A DNA stretch of 32,401 nucleotides, taken from NCBI GenBank assembly GCA_015521945.1, contig WANG01000187.1, forward strand, positions 1 to 32,401. Reading direction: 5' to 3'. This document shows, piece after piece, positions 1 through 7,453 of the stretch. Under the pieces are notes generated by a model. The model was given only the letters and a program-made list of their open reading frames with translations. It was not told the origin of the DNA and ran no database searches. The stretch's first letter is position 1, and each line of letters starts with the position of its first letter. The translations under genes and the position numbers were made by a program. Source of the DNA: Candidatus Hydrothermarchaeota archaeon (GTDB lineage: Archaea; Hydrothermarchaeota; Hydrothermarchaeia; Hydrothermarchaeales; BMS3B).

Positions 1-158
1 GGAAAGCTCCACACCGTCGTGGTCTCAAGCTTAAAATCTTTCGGGGCGAACTTTTTTATAACGTGCCGCTCAGGCAGCTCAACCTTTACATCTTCTATGA
101 CGACGTAAGGATGGGCTTTGCGGAATTTGAGGTAGTCTTCGTGAGTTATTTCGCACAT
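1..158 (-). CDS. DNA methyltransferase (stand-alone N4-C/N6-A type), N-terminal 52 codons only; gene runs off the left edge
   Basis: Own reverse-strand translation from ATG (158-156) gives MCEITHEDYLKFRKAHPYVVIEDVKVELPERHVIKKFAPKDFKLETTTVWSF, open to nt 1. It is absent from the ORF track because it is truncated. The T-T-V-W-S-F element matches my recollection of the N-terminal signature of PF01555-type DNA methylases. The fragment is too short for certainty. Confidence 0.4.
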   Translation of the reverse strand, partial: MCEITHEDYLKFRKAHPYVVIEDVKVELPERHVIKKFAPKDFKLETTTVWSF

Positions 159-177
159 TTTTTGTGATTCTGGATCA

Positions 178-188
178 TTATTTATATC
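178..188 (-). promoter_or_regulatory. TATA-box candidate for the methylase gene (leaderless geometry)
   Basis: The minus strand reads GATATAAATAA. Its centre is about 25 nt upstream of the ATG at 158, the spacing expected for an archaeal leaderless mRNA. Confidence 0.3.
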
Positions 189-198
189 AGGGTACAAT

Positions 199-227
199 CC
201 GATCACTTTGCATAAATTTGTGATCGG
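199..227. promoter_or_regulatory. Inverted repeat CCGATCAC-N13-GTGATCGG in the divergent intergenic region (possible operator)
   Basis: Perfect 8-nt arms lie at 199-206 and 220-227. Each arm contains a GATC. Confidence 0.3.
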
Positions 228-256
228 ATCGATCTGACATTTCATATTTAAGCTTT

Positions 257-274
257 GTTACAGATTTTTGTAAC
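257..274. promoter_or_regulatory. Inverted repeat GTTACA-N6-TGTAAC (possible operator)
   Basis: Perfect 6-nt arms lie at 257-262 and 269-274, upstream of the 330..1295 gene. Confidence 0.25.
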
Positions 275-293
275 TGAGGTGTAATCAACAACC

Positions 294-307
294 AAAAGCT
301 TTAGATC
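294..307 (+). promoter_or_regulatory. BRE/TATA candidate (AAAAGC-TTTAGAT) for the 330..1295 gene
   Basis: This AT-rich box preceded by a purine-rich element is centred about 27 nt upstream of ATG 330 (leaderless geometry). A similar AAAGCTTTATA box sits upstream of mvk at 30036-30046 on the minus strand. Confidence 0.3.
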
Positions 308-329
308 CTAGGAGCTTCAACTCTTATGC

Positions 330-1295
330 ATGCCTTCATACTTCTTCGTGGCGGTCTCAAATCAGGAGAACCTCAAGCTGTGCAAGCGTTATGCATTAGC
401 CGGGTTTACCAGCAACATAAATGGAGCGTGGGCTTTTTCGGAAATTGAAGCGGGGGACTACATCTCCTTTCTCTACGGTGCCAGAGCCCACAACCTCTAT
501 AAGGTGGTGCACAAGGAGGCGATAAAAAGTGCAGAAAACCTTCCGCCCTGGAAGCCGCTGACGTTTAAGGAGAGTAGAAAAACCTACCACTTCCCCTTTC
601 GCCTGTATCTCAAGCAGGTGCGAACCTTTGATGAGCCTATTGTCAGAGCTGAGTTCTCCTACATCGCCGAGAACCTACTGCTGCGCGGTGGATACAGGAA
701 AACCCACTTTCAGGCAGACCTCACAACCCTTCAGAACGTTTCACAGATGGGCGAGGTATTCAATGGCAAGGCGGAAGCGCTGGAAATGCCGCCCTATGAG
801 ACCTTTACGCCAACGTTTGTGAGGAGCAGGAAGGTTTCACCGCCCTACACCCTGCCCTTCCGCGAGGTGATACTTCAGGCATTGGTAAGGCGTTATTTGA
901 TGAAAGAAGAGAACCTCAAAGCTCTATTTGAAACCCTCAACCTGGACCATCTCCGCCCAGAAAGCTTTGAAATACTCAGCGAGAAGGCTCTGCCTCAGGG
1001 GCATGTGGACATCCTGATAAAAGAGGCTGTGCCCATTGGCATGGCTAAAAAGATTGTGGTGGAGGTTAAGCTGGGCAGAGCGAGCAAAGCAAGCATAGAG
1101 CAGCTTAAAAGCTACATGGCTGAGCTCGGCGAGGAGTGCGTTGCAGGTGTGCTTATAGCTGAGAACATGCCCAAGAGGATTAAAGATGAGAGAATTCACT
1201 TTTTCAGGTATGAATTCGGCGAGATAGAGCTAAAGCAGCCGCATAGCTTTGAAGAACTACTTTCAACGTTAAAATTAAAGGATCTAAAAGCATAA
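330..1295 (+). CDS. Two-domain protein: N-terminal PUA-like (EVE/ASCH-type) domain (tentative) fused to a C-terminal NucS/Mrr-type PD-(D/E)xK nuclease domain
   Basis: 321-aa ORF in a low-G+C islet. The C-terminal third reads FEILSEKALPQGHVDILIKE..KKIVVEVKLGRASKASIEQLKSYM..VAGVLIAE. This gives E215, D227, E245-x-K247 and a Q-L-x-x-Y helix, the layout of NucS/DUF91-like restriction-fold nucleases. The N-terminus (YFFVAVSNQENLKLCKRYALAGF..AGDYISFLYGARAHNLYKVV) resembles the opening strands of EVE/ASCH beta-barrels. Both domain calls are by recall only. Confidence 0.55.
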   Translation: MPSYFFVAVSNQENLKLCKRYALAGFTSNINGAWAFSEIEAGDYISFLYGARAHNLYKVVHKEAIKSAENLPPWKPLTFKESRKTYHFPFRLYLKQVRTFDEPIVRAEFSYIAENLLLRGGYRKTHFQADLTTLQNVSQMGEVFNGKAEALEMPPYETFTPTFVRSRKVSPPYTLPFREVILQALVRRYLMKEENLKALFETLNLDHLRPESFEILSEKALPQGHVDILIKEAVPIGMAKKIVVEVKLGRASKASIEQLKSYMAELGEECVAGVLIAENMPKRIKDERIHFFRYEFGEIELKQPHSFEELLSTLKLKDLKA

Positions 1296-1366
1296 CTTAG
1301 CTTCTCCTCCAACCCGCCCGCAAACCTGGCACAAGCCCCCTGTTAGCGATGCAATCACCCCACATT

Positions 1367-1410
1367 CTGAGGCTGCTACGGGGCTCAACCACGGGGGAAG
1401 GTAGCCTCAG
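1367..1410 (+). other. Stem-loop (10-bp stem CUGAGGCUGC / GUAGCCUCAG, 24-nt loop) at the islet/core boundary
   Basis: Arms lie at 1367-1376 and 1401-1410 with nine Watson-Crick pairs plus one G-U. The element sits between the stop of the 330..1295 gene and the ATG at 1416. Its function is unknown; it could be a terminator or a 5' structure. Confidence 0.25.
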
Positions 1411-1415
1411 GCAGG

Positions 1416-2414
1416 ATGGCGATGGAGCCCTGCCCCATCCGGAAGCTTTATATCCTGCACCAAACAATAGCGGAAGTGGAAGGGAGCTCTGGAGGTGGCG
1501 CTCTGCGGCTTGGCAACGGTATTGAGCTCTGCGTGGATGGAGAGGAGCTGTATCTTGACCCAAAGCGGGTTAAAGGGCTGAGCTTTGTCTCCCATGCCCA
1601 CTCCGACCACGTGCCGCGCGGGGGCGCCGGAGAGGTGGTGTGCACCAGGGAGACCGCAGCCCTCGCGGGGCTAAGGGGTGAGTGCAGCACCCCCCTGCGG
1701 CGTGGCTCCGTTGAGCTCAGGCTTCTGAACTCGGGTCACATGCTGGGGGCGAGCCAGCTCCTCATAGAGAACCGCTTCCGGGTGCTCTACACAGGAGACC
1801 TGCGGGTTGAGGGTGGCGTGCTGACCCCTCCGGCTCAGGCTGAGAAGTGCGACGTGCTCATAGTGGAGTCAACCTTCGGCACCCCCAGGTACGAGTTTCC
1901 CCCTCTGGAGGAGACGGTGAAGCAGATGCAGGACTGGGCGGAGGAGTGCCACCGCAGAGGAGAAACCCCCGTGTTCCTCGGGTATGCCCTGGGGAAGGCG
2001 CAGGAGCTCACCAAGGTGCTCTCCTCAAGCTTCAGGGTTGAGGTTCATCCCGCCGTGCTCAAAAACAACCGCACCTATGAGGCGATGGGAGCGGAGCTCG
2101 GCGCCTACCACCCCATCACCGACAGATGCAGGGAGGACAGGGTGCTGATACTCCCGCCCTCAGCCAGGAGGTGCTTACCCGGAGGCTGCAGGGTGGCGGT
2201 GGTCAGCGGGTGGGCGGTTCACGGGGGGACGAAGCGCAGGTACGGGGCAGATGCCGCCTTCCCCCTCAGCGACCACAGCGACTTCTACTCCTTGGTGCGG
2301 TACGTGGAGCGCGTCTCCCCCCAGGTGGTTTACACCGTCCACGGGTTCGCCAGGGAGTTTGCGGCTGAGCTGAGGGAGCGGGGGTTCTACGCCGAGCCCC
2401 TGGAAAGGCTATGA
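1416..2414 (+). CDS. Metallo-beta-lactamase fold nuclease, short beta-CASP type (COG1236-like; resembles ligase-associated / mRNA 3'-end-processing-factor-like exonucleases)
   Basis: It has the HAHSDH zinc motif (FVSHAHSDH), VESTFG, and the C-terminal LSDHSDFYSLVRYVERVSPQVVYTVHG motifs typical of beta-CASP enzymes. The start is uncertain: a GTG at 1476 would give a more typical N-terminus. Confidence 0.75.
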   Translation: MAMEPCPIRKLYILHQTIAEVEGSSGGGALRLGNGIELCVDGEELYLDPKRVKGLSFVSHAHSDHVPRGGAGEVVCTRETAALAGLRGECSTPLRRGSVELRLLNSGHMLGASQLLIENRFRVLYTGDLRVEGGVLTPPAQAEKCDVLIVESTFGTPRYEFPPLEETVKQMQDWAEECHRRGETPVFLGYALGKAQELTKVLSSSFRVEVHPAVLKNNRTYEAMGAELGAYHPITDRCREDRVLILPPSARRCLPGGCRVAVVSGWAVHGGTKRRYGADAAFPLSDHSDFYSLVRYVERVSPQVVYTVHGFAREFAAELRERGFYAEPLERL

Positions 2415-2747
2415 GGTGTTTATCCTCCTGATGCACTCGCTCCCGTAGGGACCGAGCTCAAACCCCCCCGCCTCCAGGTAGTGGCAGAGGGTTATCCTCC
2501 TGCCGCACCTCCTGCACACGGCGTCGCACCTGCGCCTCCTGCACCTCGCCCTGGCGGGCTCCCCGAGGAGCACTATTTCCCCGCCCTCCCGGCGTATCAC
2601 ACCCCTGCGCACCCCCTCGGCGAGCACCCTCTCGGAGAGCCTGGTGACCATGCTTATTATGCCGATGGCCTCCTTAACCCTCAGCCTCCTCTCACGGGCG
2701 CACCTCAGAAGCTCAAGCGCCGCGTCCACCTTCTCCTGTGCCTGCAT
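2409..2747 (-). CDS. Small winged-helix-like protein with Cys-rich (zinc-ribbon-like) C-terminus, function unknown
   Basis: The start was trimmed to the internal ATG at 2747 (MQAQEKVDAALELL...), because the 2801 start would overlap the ileS start and its promoter. A minus-strand TATA (TTTATTTTTA, 2771-2780) lies about 28 nt upstream. The C-terminus reads RCRRRRCDAVCRRCGRRITLCH..GSEC. Confidence 0.5.
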   Translation of the reverse strand: MQAQEKVDAALELLRCARERRLRVKEAIGIISMVTRLSERVLAEGVRRGVIRREGGEIVLLGEPARARCRRRRCDAVCRRCGRRITLCHYLEAGGFELGPYGSECIRRINTS

Positions 2748-2749
2748 CC

Positions 2750-2782
2750 CAACGTTTATATTCGTGAGCCTAAAAATAAACT
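2750..2782. promoter_or_regulatory. AT-rich divergent promoter block with two TATA candidates (TTTATATT 2755-2762; TAAAAATAAA 2771-2780)
   Basis: This is the only AT-rich stretch between the divergent genes 2409..2747 (-) and ileS (+). A GGTGAG Shine-Dalgarno-like element at 2787-2792 precedes the ileS ATG at 2800. Confidence 0.4.
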
Positions 2783-2799
2783 TCCCGGTGAGTGCACCC

Positions 2800-5700
2800 A
2801 TGGTAAAGCCAGCGCAGAGAAACCCGGACTTCAGGAAGCTTGAGCAGCAGATTCAGAGCTTCTGGGAGGAGAGGGGCATATACAGGAGAAGCGGGGAGGG
2901 CAAGAAGAAGACCTTCTACTTCCTTGATGGGCCACCCTACGCCAGCGGCTCAATACACCTGGGCACCGCCTGGAATAAGATAATAAAGGATGCGGTTCTG
3001 CGCTACCTGAGCATGAGGGGGTACAGGGTGCACCGCATGCCGGGGTGGGACTGTCACGGGCTGCCGATAGAGGTGAAGGTTGAGAAGGAGATGGGGATAC
3101 GGGACAAGAGGGAAATTGAGGGCAACGTTGAGGCTTTTGTGGAGGCATGCAGGCGCTGGGCGCTCAGGCATGTGGACATAATGACCCGCCAGTTCAGGCG
3201 CCTGGGGGTGTGGATGGACTGGGAGGAGCCCTACATGACCCTCAGGGACGAGTACATAGAGTCCGCCTGGTGGACGATAAAGCGGGCGCACGAGAAGGGG
3301 CTCCTGACGAGGGACCTGAGGGTGGTTACCTGGTGCCCCAGGTGCGAGACGGCGCTGGCGGATGCGGAGGTGGAGTACGGAGAGCGCACCGACCCCAGCA
3401 TCTACCTGCGCTTCAGGGTGCGGGGAAGGGAGGACGAGTACCTGCTGGTGTGGACCACCACCCCCTGGACGCTTATCGCCAACCTGGCTGTGGCGGTGCA
3501 TCCCGAGTTTGAGTACGCCAGGGTGAGGACCCCCTTAGGGGTGCTGGTGGTTGCGAGGGAGCAGCTCGGGCTGCTGGAGAGGCTGGGGATAGAGGGGGAG
3601 GTTGTGGAGGTGCTCACCGGCAGGGAGCTGGAGGGGCTGGAGTACCTGCACCCCCTTGAGGGCGACCTGGGGTACGAGCTTCCCGAGAACTCCTGCAGGG
3701 TGATTCTCGCCGACTTCGTCACCCTGGGGGAGGGCACGGGGCTGGTACACTGCGCCCCAGGGCATGGACCTGAGGACTTTGAGGTGGCGAAGAGGTACGG
3801 GATACCCGCGATATGCCCCGTGGATGAAAGGGGCAGGTTCACTGAGCAGGCAGGGAAGTTCGCGGGGCTCAGGGTGAAGAAGGATGACGCCAGGATAATT
3901 GAGGAGCTGGAGAGCAGGGGGGTGCTGGTGAGAGCAGAGAAGATTACCCACCGCTACGGCCACTGCTGGCGGTGCAAGTCCCCCATAATCTACCGTGCAA
4001 CCGAGCAGTGGTTCATCACCGTCTCCCACCTAAGGGACAGGATGCTGGAGGAGGTGGAGAGGGTTGAGTGGGTGCCCGAGTGGGCGGGCAGCTCGCGCTT
4101 CCGTGAGTGGGTGGCGGGGGCGAAGGACTGGACCATATCCAGGCAGCGCTACTGGGGGATTCCTCTGCCTGTGTGGCTCTGCGACTCCTGCGGTGATATG
4201 GAGGTCATGGGCTCAAAGGCAGAGCTGGAGCAGAGGGCAGGCAGGGTAAGGGAGCTGCATCGCCCCTACGTGGACGTTGCCTACCCCTGCGAGTGCGGGG
4301 GGGAGAAGCGCAGGGTTGAGGATGTGCTGGACGTGTGGTTTGACTCTGGGGTGGCACCCTGGGCGTCCCTCGGATACCCCGCAAGAGAAGAGCCCTTCCG
4401 CACCCTCTACCCCGTGGATTTCATAACCGAGGGGCACGACCAGACCAGAGGATGGTTCTACTCCCTCCTGGGGTGCGGGCTCATAGCCTTTGATGAGGTA
4501 CCCTACAGGAAGGTGCTGATGCACGGGTTCACCTTAGATGAGAGGGGGGAGAAGATGAGCAAGAGCCGGGGCAACGTCATTGAGCCCGAGGAGGTGGTCA
4601 ACGCCTTCTGCGCTGACGTGCTCAGGTTCTACGTGCTCTGGGCGAACAAGCCCTGGGAGGACCTGCGCTTCAGCTGGAGCGAGGTCAGGGTGGTGGCGAA
4701 GATGTTCAACATCCTGTGGAACGCCCACGTGTTCGCCACCACGTACATGAGCCTTGACTCCTTTGCTCCTAAGGGGGTGAGGGGCGAGAGCCTCAAGCCC
4801 GAGGACAGGTGGATGCTCTCCAGGGTGAACTCCTTAGTGCGGAGGGTGGGGGAGGCTTTTGAGAGGCTGGAGCTGCACCGCGCTACCAGGGAGCTGCAGG
4901 AGTTCATACTTGAGGACCTGAGCAGGTGGTACATCCCCTTGGTCAGGCCCCGCACCTGGTATGAGGAGGAGAGCCCCGAGAAGCTCGCCGCCTACGAGGT
5001 GCTGCACCGCACCCTGCAGACCCTCGCCAAGCTGCTTGCCCCCGTGGCGCCCCACCTGAGCGAGGCGATGTACCAGGACCTGGAGTGCGGGGAGAGCGTG
5101 CACTTGGAGAGCTTCCCGGAGGCTGAGGAGGAGTGGGTGGATGAGAGGCTTGAGGCGCAGATGAGGATGGTGAGGGGCATGGTGGACGCCTGCTTGGCAG
5201 CCAGGCAGAGGCTGGGGGTGAAGCGCAGGTGGCCCTTGGTGAAGCTCGTGGTCCTGCCGGAGAGGGAGGAGGTGGGGGAGGCGGCAGAGGCGCTGGAGGA
5301 GCTCCTGCTGAGCCAGTGCAACGCCCTGGAGCTGGAGGTGCTCAGCCCTGGAGAGGAGGTGAGGGAGGCTGAGATTGTTGCGGTGCCAGAGATGGGCGCC
5401 ATAGGCAGGGAGTTCAGGAAGCAGGCGCCGGAGGTTGCCAGGGCGCTGGAGGAGGCGGACGCCGAGGCTCTGAGCAGGGAGATGGAGAGCAGAGGGTGGG
5501 CTGAAGTGCAGCTCGGGGACGGGAGCAGGGTGAGGGTAAGGAGGGAGCACGTGCGCTTTGAGCGCCGCCTGCCCGAGAGCATGGCGTGCGAGGAGTTTGA
5601 GGGTGGCAGGGTGTGCATAGACGCCAGGAGAACCGAGCGGGTGATGGAGCTGGGGCTCGCCAGGGAGGTGGTGAGGAGGGTGCAGGAGATGCGCAAGGAG

Positions 5701-5907
5701 CTGGAGCTGGAGGTTGATGCCTACATCACCACCAGGATAAGCGCCCCCTCCGAGCAGCTTCCCTACCTGAGGGCGCAGCAGGAGTACATCGCCAGGGAGA
5801 CCCGCTCAAGGGAGCTGGTTATTGCGGAGGAGGCGCAGCACTTCGGGCATGTCAGGGAGTGGAGCATAGACGGCAGCAGGGTCGTGATTTCGGTTGCCGA
5901 GGCGTGA
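2800..5907 (+). CDS. ileS: Isoleucyl-tRNA synthetase
   Basis: It has a class I HIGH-type motif (PPYASGSIHLGTAWNK), KMSKS (GEKMSKSRGN), a CP1 editing region and archaeal length (1035 aa). The start was moved to ATG 2800 (MVKPAQRNPDFRKLEQQIQSFWEE). The 52 upstream codons in the track ORF cross the promoter and the divergent gene. Confidence 0.95.
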   Translation: MVKPAQRNPDFRKLEQQIQSFWEERGIYRRSGEGKKKTFYFLDGPPYASGSIHLGTAWNKIIKDAVLRYLSMRGYRVHRMPGWDCHGLPIEVKVEKEMGIRDKREIEGNVEAFVEACRRWALRHVDIMTRQFRRLGVWMDWEEPYMTLRDEYIESAWWTIKRAHEKGLLTRDLRVVTWCPRCETALADAEVEYGERTDPSIYLRFRVRGREDEYLLVWTTTPWTLIANLAVAVHPEFEYARVRTPLGVLVVAREQLGLLERLGIEGEVVEVLTGRELEGLEYLHPLEGDLGYELPENSCRVILADFVTLGEGTGLVHCAPGHGPEDFEVAKRYGIPAICPVDERGRFTEQAGKFAGLRVKKDDARIIEELESRGVLVRAEKITHRYGHCWRCKSPIIYRATEQWFITVSHLRDRMLEEVERVEWVPEWAGSSRFREWVAGAKDWTISRQRYWGIPLPVWLCDSCGDMEVMGSKAELEQRAGRVRELHRPYVDVAYPCECGGEKRRVEDVLDVWFDSGVAPWASLGYPAREEPFRTLYPVDFITEGHDQTRGWFYSLLGCGLIAFDEVPYRKVLMHGFTLDERGEKMSKSRGNVIEPEEVVNAFCADVLRFYVLWANKPWEDLRFSWSEVRVVAKMFNILWNAHVFATTYMSLDSFAPKGVRGESLKPEDRWMLSRVNSLVRRVGEAFERLELHRATRELQEFILEDLSRWYIPLVRPRTWYEEESPEKLAAYEVLHRTLQTLAKLLAPVAPHLSEAMYQDLECGESVHLESFPEAEEEWVDERLEAQMRMVRGMVDACLAARQRLGVKRRWPLVKLVVLPEREEVGEAAEALEELLLSQCNALELEVLSPGEEVREAEIVAVPEMGAIGREFRKQAPEVARALEEADAEALSREMESRGWAEVQLGDGSRVRVRREHVRFERRLPESMACEEFEGGRVCIDARRTERVMELGLAREVVRRVQEMRKELELEVDAYITTRISAPSEQLPYLRAQQEYIARETRSRELVIAEEAQHFGHVREWSIDGSRVVISVAEA

Positions 5908-5908
5908 T

Positions 5909-7003
5909 TCAGGCGCTGAGGGATGCCTCAAAAGCCTCAGCTATGGCGCGGGCGTCACGGTGGGTGTAGTGGGGCTGCACGGGCAGGGTGAGTATCCTGC
6001 GGCTCACCTCAAGGGTTACTGGGTACTCGCCGGGAGCGTACCTCCGCATCCCGGGGTGGAGGATGATGGTGTCGTGCCACGTCCTGTGAGCCACCACGCC
6101 ACGCCTGCGCAGGTGCGCCGCCACCTGCGGGGGTGAGCTCTCCTCGGGCAGAAGAACCGCAAGCGACTGCCAGGAGGAGCGGGCATCCCTCTCCACCCTC
6201 TGCACCTCATACCCGCTGAGCTCACTCGCAAGAGCTTCCGCAAACCTCCTGCGCCTCAGGGTGAGCTCCTCAATTCTGGGGAAGAGGCGGTTGAAGATGC
6301 TCAGGTCTATGGGGCTGCACCTCCCCGTGGCGTACCCCCCGCCGCCCCCTCTCCTGAGCCGCAGAAGCAGGGGGTGCACCTCCCTGGTGACGTAGGGCAG
6401 CCTGAGGAGGTGCCCGAGCGCAGGGGCTCCAGCAGGGGGCTCATCCACACCCTCAGAGGCGCAGAGGAAGCCTCCCGAGGGGGTGGGCAGGAGCTTGTAC
6501 ATGGAGAACACCGAGTACCTCCCGAAGGTTCCCACGGGCATGCCCCTGTACCTCGCCCCGAGAGCGTGGGCGCAGTCCTCTATGAGGTGCGCCTCTGCGT
6601 CAGAGGCGAGCTCGGTGAGGGCGGTGAGCTGGCAGGGGTTGCCGAAGGTGTGCACCGCGAGCAGGGCATCCCCCCTGGAAATAACCTCCTGCACCCCCTC
6701 GGGGGAGATGTTCAGGGTGCCCCTGTGCACGTCCACGAAGACCGGCCTGACCCCGAGCTTAAGGAGCACCTCCGCCAGCTCGGGGCACAGGAAGGCGGGC
6801 ATCACCACCCTCCTCACCTCAAGGCGCCTCAGGATGTGCTCAAGAGCAGCACGGGCGCAGCAGAAGTCCACCGCCTCCCTGCCCAAGTACGCGCGCACCA
6901 GCTCCCTGAACTTGGTGCGCTGCTCTCCAGGTGCCCTAAGAGCGGCAAGCAGGGCTCCGGCAAGCTCCGCCGCGGGTATGGTGGGTACCGGGGAGTAGAG
7001 CAT
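5909..7003 (-). CDS. DegT/DnrJ/EryC1/StrS-family PLP-dependent aminotransferase
   Basis: Family pattern: VVMPAFLCPELAEVLLKLGVRPVFVDVH..TLNISPEGV..LLAVHTFGNPC..LIEDCAHALGARYRGMPVGTFG..VFSMYKLLPTPSGG. The Lys in SMYK sits at the expected Schiff-base position. Confidence 0.7.
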   Translation of the reverse strand: MLYSPVPTIPAAELAGALLAALRAPGEQRTKFRELVRAYLGREAVDFCCARAALEHILRRLEVRRVVMPAFLCPELAEVLLKLGVRPVFVDVHRGTLNISPEGVQEVISRGDALLAVHTFGNPCQLTALTELASDAEAHLIEDCAHALGARYRGMPVGTFGRYSVFSMYKLLPTPSGGFLCASEGVDEPPAGAPALGHLLRLPYVTREVHPLLLRLRRGGGGGYATGRCSPIDLSIFNRLFPRIEELTLRRRRFAEALASELSGYEVQRVERDARSSWQSLAVLLPEESSPPQVAAHLRRRGVVAHRTWHDTIILHPGMRRYAPGEYPVTLEVSRRILTLPVQPHYTHRDARAIAEAFEASLSA

Positions 7004-7042
7004 GGGTTAGGTTTTTGGAGGCGCCTGTTAATACACTTTGCC

Positions 7043-7444
7043 ATGATTGCGGAGGCTCTGCTTGAGCGCCTTGAGGGAATTGCCAGAAGCACGAAGCTCA
7101 GGCGCAGGGGCGACTGCGTGTCCGCGAGCGCCTTCCTGGAGGCTGAGAGGTACGGGGAGGCCGAGCGTGTTATCGTGCAGTTTCTCGGGGAGAAGCGGGG
7201 GTGCGAGCTCATAACCTGCAGGGTTGCCAGCGGGGAGATTGCAGATTCGGGAGAGGTGCACTTCCGCATCCTGAGAGGAGTGGTGCACGAGTTCTACGGG
7301 TACGAGGAGGAGATGGTGTGCTTTCTCAGGCTCTTCCACCTGAGAGACTGGAGGGGCAGGGAGTGGTGCGCCGTTTATGCCGACGAGACGCCGAGCGCCT
7401 GGTGGGAGAATGATTTAACACGTCAGCCTCGGGAGAGGGGGTGA
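7043..7444 (+). CDS. Hypothetical protein (133 aa)
   Basis: This is the part of track ORF 6374..7444 that lies outside the DegT gene, starting at ATG 7043 (MIAEALLERLEGIARS...). It has no recognisable motif. Its stop lies 9 nt before the next gene, so the two are probably co-transcribed. Confidence 0.45.
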   Translation: MIAEALLERLEGIARSTKLRRRGDCVSASAFLEAERYGEAERVIVQFLGEKRGCELITCRVASGEIADSGEVHFRILRGVVHEFYGYEEEMVCFLRLFHLRDWRGREWCAVYADETPSAWWENDLTRQPRERG

Positions 7445-7453
7445 GGGTGCTGC

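Noticed and set aside
2644-2799. 52-codon N-terminal extension of the ileS ORF
   Set aside because: It crosses the AT-rich promoter block and the divergent small gene, and reads as hydrophobic or low-complexity sequence. The canonical IleRS N-terminus begins at ATG 2800, which has an SD-like GGTGAG upstream.
6374-7042. 5' two-thirds of the 356-aa plus-strand ORF 6374..7444
   Set aside because: This part is antisense to the DegT aminotransferase and low-complexity. Only the segment downstream of ATG 7043, outside DegT, is kept as a candidate gene.
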